Assembly (NCBI RefSeq): GCF_000010065.1
Contig: NC_006576.1
Location: 660,001-692,000, forward strand
Length of the DNA stretch: 32,000 nt
Source: Synechococcus elongatus PCC 6301
Lineage (GTDB): Bacteria; Cyanobacteriota; Cyanobacteriia; Synechococcales; Synechococcaceae
Direction of reading: 5' to 3'
Shown here piece by piece: positions 25,943 to 32,000 of this stretch (its first letter is position 1; each line of letters begins with the position of its first letter). A program made the translations under genes and the position numbers. A model generated the notes under the pieces. The model was not told the origin of the DNA, searched no databases, and saw only the letters and a program-made list of their open reading frames with translations.

Positions 25943-26059
25943 AAGGCTCTCTCTCACCACCGACGAACAGACCGACGTAAAACGGTCCTCGCCAAGACGT
26001 CACCGCAACCGGAAAGTTGCGAATGGCCAGAACGCCGCAATTCTACCCCACGCTTTTTG

Positions 26060-26785
26060 TTACAACTCAGCTTGCTGGGTCACTAATTCCAAAACGCGAG
26101 CGTAGGCCGCTTCGACGTTACCGAGGTCGCGACGGAAGCGATCCTTGTCTAGGATGCGCTTTTCTGGATCGATTTCCTGCTGATCCCAGAGGCGGCAGGT
26201 ATCTGGGCTAATCTCATCGGCTAGCAGGATTTGACCTTGGCGATCGCGACCAAATTCCAGTTTGAAGTCCACTAAGGTAATGCCACAGCGGTTGAAAAAG
26301 GCCTGCAGCAACGTATTGACTTGCAAAGCAGCCCCTTGCAGGTGCTGGACTTCTGCCTCAGTGGCAACTTGTAAGAGCCGTAGGCGATCGGGCGTCAGCA
26401 GCGGATCACCGAGGGCATCATCTTTGAGATAAAACTCGACCAAGGGCGGTGCGATCGCAGTTCCTTCTGCAATCCCCGTTTGCTTGCAAAGGCTACCGGC
26501 GGCCAGATTGCGCACCACCACTTCCAAGGGCACGATCTCAACCGCTTGGACCCGCATTTCCCGCTCAGAAATCTGCTCAATGAAGTGATTGGTGACCCCT
26601 GCCTGGGCTAGCACTCGGAACAGGTAGCTGGAGACAGCGCAATTAATCGCCCCTTTGCCACTGATTTGACCCCGCTTTTGGGCATTAAAGGCGGTGGCAT
26701 CGTCCTTGAAATAGGTCCGATACACCTGGGGATCATCGGTGGCATAGACAATTTTGGCTTTGCCTTCGTAGAGGGGAGCGCTCAT
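26060..26785 (-). CDS. purC: Phosphoribosylaminoimidazole-succinocarboxamide (SAICAR) synthase
   Basis: N-terminal LYEGKAKIVYATDD with PurC-like sequence throughout, 241 aa. Confidence 0.93.
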   Translation of the reverse strand: MSAPLYEGKAKIVYATDDPQVYRTYFKDDATAFNAQKRGQISGKGAINCAVSSYLFRVLAQAGVTNHFIEQISEREMRVQAVEIVPLEVVVRNLAAGSLCKQTGIAEGTAIAPPLVEFYLKDDALGDPLLTPDRLRLLQVATEAEVQHLQGAALQVNTLLQAFFNRCGITLVDFKLEFGRDRQGQILLADEISPDTCRLWDQQEIDPEKRILDKDRFRRDLGNVEAAYARVLELVTQQAEL

Positions 26786-26812
26786 GCAGATCGGGCAGAA
26801 TAACGCCCCATT

Positions 26813-28072
26813 TTACTGTGCAGGGGTGGAAGCGCTCAGCTGCGTCTGGAGAGTCGTCAGTTCAGGGCCCACAAAGCCCAACTGCCCCGAGATGCTTTGA
26901 CCTTGGGTCAGCGCCTGTTCCGCCGCCGGGCGATCGCCCTGACGGAGTTGGTATCGCCCCAGTCGCGCGTAGTTTTCCATCAAGCCATAGAGATCACCCT
27001 CATTGCGCGCTTGGGCTAGCAGCAGGTCATAGACCGCGATCGCATCAGCCGTTTGGTTCTGTTCTTGGTAAAGATCGCGCAGAGCTTCCAGTGCATCCCG
27101 TGCGATCGCCAACTGACCGAGAGGCAGTGCCTGCCGATAGACCGTCTGGTAGGTTTCCACTGCAAGCACCAACTGACGCGATCGCTGTTGATTCGCCGCG
27201 ATCGCCAGCAACCAAGCCGGTTGCAAGTCAGGCCGGATCAAAGCCAATTCCGCTTGCTGAATCGCGATCGCTTCGGCATAGCGTTGGATTTGCTCCAGAC
27301 TGAAAATTTGCTGCCGCACCGCCCATTCCCGCTGACTGTAGCTGGGTTCCTGACGGGGTCCAAGCCGCGCTTGCTGGACTTGAGAAGTCTGGCCAAGATC
27401 CAAGAGTGGGTTGTCGGTCAGAAGAGCAACTAGCGCACCGTAGGTTTCGGCAGCGGCGGCGTAGCGAAAGCTCTCAAACTCACAGGTCGCCAGAGCATCG
27501 AGCAAATCGCGGCGATCGCTAGGGGCTTGCGCCCGGGTCAGCAGTTGCCGATAGAGACGAATAGCATTGTCGAAGTCCCGCACCTCTCGGTAGGCGATCG
27601 CTAGATCCAATTGCTGCGCCGGACTGAGGTCTGGGGTTGTCGCCTCAATCTGCTGCAGGCGCTTGGCAATCGCTTGACCTTCATCGGAACGATTTTTAGT
27701 CCGCGCCTGCTGGCCAGTCAGCTTGAGCAGGGGCAGTTCTTCCTCGAGACCCAAGACTTGGCGCAAACGGATCGCCCGGAAGCGCAACTCAAAGGCCAAG
27801 TCATCCTGCTGGAGGTTGGCGGCCCCATCAGCCGCATCCAGGAGTTGGGCGATCGCCTCTCGAATCGCTCGTTTTTCTAAGGGTGTGTAACCCCGTGTCG
27901 GCAGTTTGGACGGCAGGAGCGGATCGTTCGGCCCTGTCGTCAGATCGAGTAAGACCGCGCGGGGAATTGGAGCCCCAGTGTCGGGATCGGTCGGGGTCTG
28001 AGCAATCCCGGGTGTTGCACCGAGTAGCCAGAGGGCGATCGTGCCGCCCATCATCCATCGCTGCCCACTCAT
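26813..28072 (-). CDS. Secreted TPR-like helical-repeat protein, function unknown
   Basis: Signal peptide MSGQRWMMGGTIALWLLGATPGIAQ/T, followed by about 380 aa of Ala/Leu/Gln/Arg-rich helical repeats with TPR-like periodicity. ATG is at 28072. It lies 27 nt upstream of purC on the same strand. Confidence 0.6.
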   Translation of the reverse strand: MSGQRWMMGGTIALWLLGATPGIAQTPTDPDTGAPIPRAVLLDLTTGPNDPLLPSKLPTRGYTPLEKRAIREAIAQLLDAADGAANLQQDDLAFELRFRAIRLRQVLGLEEELPLLKLTGQQARTKNRSDEGQAIAKRLQQIEATTPDLSPAQQLDLAIAYREVRDFDNAIRLYRQLLTRAQAPSDRRDLLDALATCEFESFRYAAAAETYGALVALLTDNPLLDLGQTSQVQQARLGPRQEPSYSQREWAVRQQIFSLEQIQRYAEAIAIQQAELALIRPDLQPAWLLAIAANQQRSRQLVLAVETYQTVYRQALPLGQLAIARDALEALRDLYQEQNQTADAIAVYDLLLAQARNEGDLYGLMENYARLGRYQLRQGDRPAAEQALTQGQSISGQLGFVGPELTTLQTQLSASTPAQ

Positions 28073-28226
28073 GCTCACGCTCCCCACTGGACTTTCTCTG
28101 CATCACTGTATCGGTGGCAGGGTCGCTGCCAACACCGTGCTGGAGATGGGCAGTCAGACAGGTACGATGAAAGCTGCACTGGACAGGCTTCTGGCCTAGC
28201 CACACCCACTTTCGCCTCAGACTAGC

Positions 28227-29528
28227 GTGAAAATTCTTGTTGTCGGTAACGGGGGCCGCGAGCATGCCCTCGTCTGGAAGCTAGCTCAATCGCCGACCGT
28301 TGAGGCGATTGTCTGTGTCCCCGGTAACGGCGGCACTGCCGGCGCAGCCAAGTGCCGGAACCATGCGCTCAATGCCTTGGATGGTGAGGCCTTGGCTGAC
28401 CTCTGTGCCCGCGAAGGTTTGGGTCTAGCCGTCATTGGACCGGAAGCACCACTGGCAGCGGGGGTCGCGGATTTCCTGCGCGATCGCGGCATCGCAGTCT
28501 TTGGGCCAAGCCAAGCCGGTGCGCAAATCGAAGCCAGCAAAGCTTGGGCGAAAGCCCTGATGGCTGAGGCAAATATTCCCACGGCGACAGCAGCAGTCTT
28601 TACCAATGCGGCGGCAGCCTTGGACTACGTGTGCCAGCAGGGTGCACCGATCGTGGTTAAAGCCGATGGCCTCGCGGCGGGTAAAGGTGTGGTTGTGGCC
28701 CAAACGCTGGCGGAAGCAGAAGCCGCGATCGTGGCCTCATTTGAGGGCGCCTTTGGAGCCGCCGGGCAGACGGTGGTGATTGAAGAATGTCTGACGGGGC
28801 CGGAAATTTCCGTGCTGGCCTTCACCGATGGCCAGACGATTCGCCCCCTGAAGGTGGCACAGGATCACAAGCGCATTGGGGAAGGTGATACGGGCCTGAA
28901 CACGGGTGGCATGGGGGCTTACGCACCCGCTCCCCTCGCAACGCCTGAGCTTTTGGCGCAAGTGCAGGCCCAGGTGCTCGAACCAGCACTGGCAACTCTG
29001 CGCGATCGCGGCATTGACTATCGCGGCATTCTCTATGCCGGTTTGATGTTGACCCCAGCAGGGCCGAAGGTCATTGAGTTCAACTGCCGCTTTGGTGACC
29101 CTGAAACTCAATCGGTGCTGCCGTTGCTGGCGACGCCGTTGGTGGATGTCCTGCTTGCTTGTGCCGAAGGTCGCTTGGCCGATTTGCCGGAGCTAGAATG
29201 GCACGATGCAGTCTCGGCCTGTGTGGTCCTGGCAGCAGGCGGCTATCCCGGAGACTATGCCAAAGGCGATCGCATTGACGGGCTAGCCGCTGCGGAAGCC
29301 GCAGGGGCCGTGGTTTTCCATGCCGGCACCAACGCCGTGGATGACGAAATTCAAACGGCAGGCGGGCGGGTGTTGAACGTCGTGGCAACGGCTGCTGACT
29401 TTGACGCTGCTTTTACCAAGGTCTATCAAGCCTTGGAGTCAATTCAGTTCCGCGATCGCTACTACCGGCGGGATGTTGGTTGGCAAGTGCGATCGAGCGG
29501 GGCGGCAGCGACAACCCACGAATCGTAA
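28227..29528 (+). CDS. purD: Phosphoribosylamine--glycine ligase
   Basis: MKILVVGNGGREHALVWKL and ATP-grasp motifs. GTG start, 433 aa. Confidence 0.93.
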   Translation: MKILVVGNGGREHALVWKLAQSPTVEAIVCVPGNGGTAGAAKCRNHALNALDGEALADLCAREGLGLAVIGPEAPLAAGVADFLRDRGIAVFGPSQAGAQIEASKAWAKALMAEANIPTATAAVFTNAAAALDYVCQQGAPIVVKADGLAAGKGVVVAQTLAEAEAAIVASFEGAFGAAGQTVVIEECLTGPEISVLAFTDGQTIRPLKVAQDHKRIGEGDTGLNTGGMGAYAPAPLATPELLAQVQAQVLEPALATLRDRGIDYRGILYAGLMLTPAGPKVIEFNCRFGDPETQSVLPLLATPLVDVLLACAEGRLADLPELEWHDAVSACVVLAAGGYPGDYAKGDRIDGLAAAEAAGAVVFHAGTNAVDDEIQTAGGRVLNVVATAADFDAAFTKVYQALESIQFRDRYYRRDVGWQVRSSGAAATTHES

Positions 29529-29591
29529 GCGGTTTCGAGCGGCCAGATACGATAGGGTCAGTCCTGTTTGTTCGGCTTAGAGCAGCTGCCT

Positions 29592-31586
29592 ATGCTGGCC
29601 CTTTGGCAACAACTGCGCGATACGCTGACCCGCTGGTGGGCAGATTTCACCCTGCAAACCAAGCTGATGGCGATCGCCACTTTGGTCGTCTCGCTGATTA
29701 TGAGCGGGCTGACTTTTTGGGCCGTCAATAGCATTCAAGAAGATGCGCGGCTCAATGACACCCGCTTTGGGCGCGACTTGGGCCTGTTGCTAGCTGCCAA
29801 CGCCACACCCTTGATTGCCGACGAGGACATCGCTGGGCTAACCCGCTTTTCCTACCGTTTCTATCGCAGCACCAGCAGCGTCCGCTATCTGCTCTATGCC
29901 GATACGGAAGGTGAAATCTATCTCGGCATTCCTTTCTCACAATCAGAAGTCCGCAACTCCCTCACGATCCAGCGCCGCATTCAACTGCCCCCTGACTACC
30001 TGCGTCAGGGCGATCGCCCCTACGTGCGGCAGCATTTGACTCCGGCCGGTCTGGTTACGGATGTATTTGTGCCGCTGTTCCAAAACGATCGCTATTTGGG
30101 GGTGCTAGCGATCGGCACGAACCCGAGTCCAGCAGTGGTGGCTTCGTCGGGCTTGACCCGCGATGTGACGATCGCGGTGTTCATCACGATTTGGGTCATG
30201 GTGATCGTCGGGGCAGTCTTCAATGCCTTGATCATCACGCGCCCCATTCGCGAGTTGGTGGAGGGCGTCCGCAGCATTGCTTCTGGAAACTTTAAGCAGC
30301 GCATCGACCTGCCCCCCAGCGGTGAACTTGGGGAACTGATCGCCAGCTTCAATGACATGGCGGAACAGCTAGAGGGCTATGCCGCCCAGAACATCGATGA
30401 ATTAACTTCCGAAAAAGCCAAGCTGGAGACCTTGGTTTCGACAATCGCAGATGGGGCCTTGCTATTGGATGCAGACCTCAACTTAGTGCTGGTCAATCCA
30501 GCCGCAATTCGCATTTTTGGGTGGGAAGGGCGATCGCTCAAAGGTGATGACGTGATCGATCACTTACCGTCACCCCTTGCCCAAGAATTGCATGATCCAC
30601 TCAAGGCGATCGCGAATGGCGATCGCGAGGCAGTGGAGTTGCGGTTGACCTTGCCGGAACGCAGTAATCGCACCGTACGCATTTTGGTCAGTAATGTCTT
30701 GGATACAGCGCGGGCGAACGTGAAAGGCATTGCTGTCACGGTTCAAGACATCACCCGCGAAGTTGAACTGAATGAAGCCAAAAGTCAGTTCATTAGCAAT
30801 GTCTCCCACGAGCTGCGAACGCCGCTGTTCAACATCAAGTCCTTCATCGAAACGCTGCATGATTACGGTGACGACCTGAGCGAAGAGGAGCGGCGCGAGT
30901 TCCTGTCAACGGCAAATCATGAAACCGATCGCCTCACCCGTCTGGTCAACGACGTCCTCGATCCGTCGTGGCTGGAGTCGAATCGTCGCTACAACTTCGA
31001 AGGCATCGATCTGGTTCAACCGATCGAGCAGACCCTGCGCACCTATCAGCTCAACGCCCGCGAGAAAGGGATTGAACTGCGATCAGAGATTGCCCGCGAC
31101 CTGCCCGCCGTTCGCGCCAATTACGATCTGCTGCTCCAGGTTTTTGCCAACTTAGTCGGCAACGCCCTTAAGTTCACCGCTTCCGGCGGTTGCGTGGCAA
31201 TGCGTGCCTATTTGGTGGGTCAGCCACTGCGTACAGAGGCAGTGAATCATTCTGAAATTGTCAGCTCACTGCCGAATATACGGATTGAAATCAACGACAC
31301 TGGCATCGGCATTGATGCCGAAGATCAAGAGGCGATTTTCGATCGCTTTTTCCGGGTCGAAAACCGCGTCCACACCCTCGAAGGCACCGGCTTGGGGCTG
31401 TCGATTGTCCGTAATATTGTTGAGAAACATCAGAGCCGCATTCACTTAATTAGTGAAGTCGGAATTGGCACAACTTTCTGGTTTGACCTGCCGATTTATC
31501 AACCCGAGGAAGCGATCGCAGCACCCGCTAAGCCTGAGGCGATTACAGCAACGAATGGCACCGAAGTCAGCGTCAGCACCGGCTAG
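29592..31586 (+). CDS. nblS: Membrane sensor histidine kinase, NblS / Hik33 (DspA) orthologue
   Basis: Two TM segments, HAMP (RPIRELVEGVRSIASGNFKQRIDLP...FNDMAEQL), PAS, H-box FISNVSHELRTPL, N-box ANLVGNALKF, and G-boxes DTGIGI / GTGLGLS. ATG 29592 gives 664 aa (the track starts at TTG 29568). Confidence 0.85.
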   Translation: MLALWQQLRDTLTRWWADFTLQTKLMAIATLVVSLIMSGLTFWAVNSIQEDARLNDTRFGRDLGLLLAANATPLIADEDIAGLTRFSYRFYRSTSSVRYLLYADTEGEIYLGIPFSQSEVRNSLTIQRRIQLPPDYLRQGDRPYVRQHLTPAGLVTDVFVPLFQNDRYLGVLAIGTNPSPAVVASSGLTRDVTIAVFITIWVMVIVGAVFNALIITRPIRELVEGVRSIASGNFKQRIDLPPSGELGELIASFNDMAEQLEGYAAQNIDELTSEKAKLETLVSTIADGALLLDADLNLVLVNPAAIRIFGWEGRSLKGDDVIDHLPSPLAQELHDPLKAIANGDREAVELRLTLPERSNRTVRILVSNVLDTARANVKGIAVTVQDITREVELNEAKSQFISNVSHELRTPLFNIKSFIETLHDYGDDLSEEERREFLSTANHETDRLTRLVNDVLDPSWLESNRRYNFEGIDLVQPIEQTLRTYQLNAREKGIELRSEIARDLPAVRANYDLLLQVFANLVGNALKFTASGGCVAMRAYLVGQPLRTEAVNHSEIVSSLPNIRIEINDTGIGIDAEDQEAIFDRFFRVENRVHTLEGTGLGLSIVRNIVEKHQSRIHLISEVGIGTTFWFDLPIYQPEEAIAAPAKPEAITATNGTEVSVSTG

Positions 31587-31637
31587 TCGACCCGCTTCAA
31601 CCAATAATGAGAGAGGCCATTCAGAGATTCAATTGGC

Positions 31638-32000
31638 ATGACTCAAGTACGGATCGGCATCATTGGGGGAAGCGGCCTCTACCGAATGGAAGCCCTCAAG
31701 GACGTGGAAGAAGTCCGGGTTGAGACTGCTTTTGGCGATCCATCCGACGCGCTGATCGTCGGCAACCTTGATGGCGTTCCGGTTGCGTTTCTGGCACGCC
31801 ACGGCCGCCACCATCAGCTCCTGCCCACCGAAGTGCCCTACCGCGCCAACATTTTGGCGATGAAGCAGCTGGGTGTGGAATACATTCTTTCGGCCTCAGC
31901 AGTGGGTTCCCTTCAGGCTGAGATCGCCCCACTCGATCTGGTCATTCCCGATCAATTTATCGATCGCACTTTTGCGCGGCCTTCGACCTTCTTTGGCAAC
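31638..32000 (+). CDS. mtnP: S-methyl-5'-thioadenosine phosphorylase, 5' partial (runs off the window)
   Basis: It is absent from the ORF track because no stop lies within the window. ATG 31638 gives [59 protein letters not shown]..., which is MTAP-like. The frame stays open for 121 codons to position 32000. Confidence 0.85.
   Translation, partial: MTQVRIGIIGGSGLYRMEALKDVEEVRVETAFGDPSDALIVGNLDGVPVAFLARHGRHHQLLPTEVPYRANILAMKQLGVEYILSASAVGSLQAEIAPLDLVIPDQFIDRTFARPSTFFGN

Noticed and set aside
1-32000. Search for tRNA/rRNA genes, CRISPR repeats, transposases, integrases, phage genes, and toxin-antitoxin or defence-system signatures
   Set aside because: I found none. Intergenic spacers are short, apart from about 14743-15166 and 6666-6999, and contain no cloverleaf-like or regularly spaced repeat structure. 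The only pervasive repeat is the HIP1 octamer.

Overview
The window reads as an ordinary chromosomal core segment of a Synechococcus elongatus-type cyanobacterium. The HIP1 octamer GCGATCGC saturates the sequence. Gene content and order fit that lineage (NblS/Hik33-type kinase, FtsH, omp85-lpxC-fabZ-lpxA-lpxB, purC/purD). I support about 30 protein-coding genes, densely packed, several with 1-4 nt start/stop overlaps. In order they are:
- nadC (-)
- a complete 4-gene CUT1-type sugar ABC importer (+)
- a Tat-signal FAD amine oxidase (-)
- a low-GC ArsS-like radical SAM gene (+)
- small ORF-argD-folC (-)
- ftsH (+)
- an ABC-F ATPase (+)
- an XRE HTH gene (+)
- cysC and an ArsR-family regulator (-), divergent from an ETHE1-type persulfide dioxygenase, a YgaP-like membrane rhodanese and a TauE/TSUP permease (+)
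- a TrpD2/YbiB-like protein (-), divergent from a NarM-like protein (+)
- a long minus-strand array: TPR-like protein, purC, omp85/bamA, lpxC, fabZ, lpxA, lpxB
- purD, nblS and the 5' part of an MTA phosphorylase gene (+), which runs off the window and is absent from the ORF track

I found no rRNA, tRNA, CRISPR array, transposase or integrase. I see no convincing wholly novel system. The best candidates for follow-up are:
- the YgaV/BigR/SqrR-like sulfane-sulfur cluster with cysC attached
- the low-GC orphan arsS-like gene
- the TrpD2/NarM divergent pair
- an odd DHp-helix motif in NblS

Functional calls come from motif recognition in the translated ORFs. No database search was possible.
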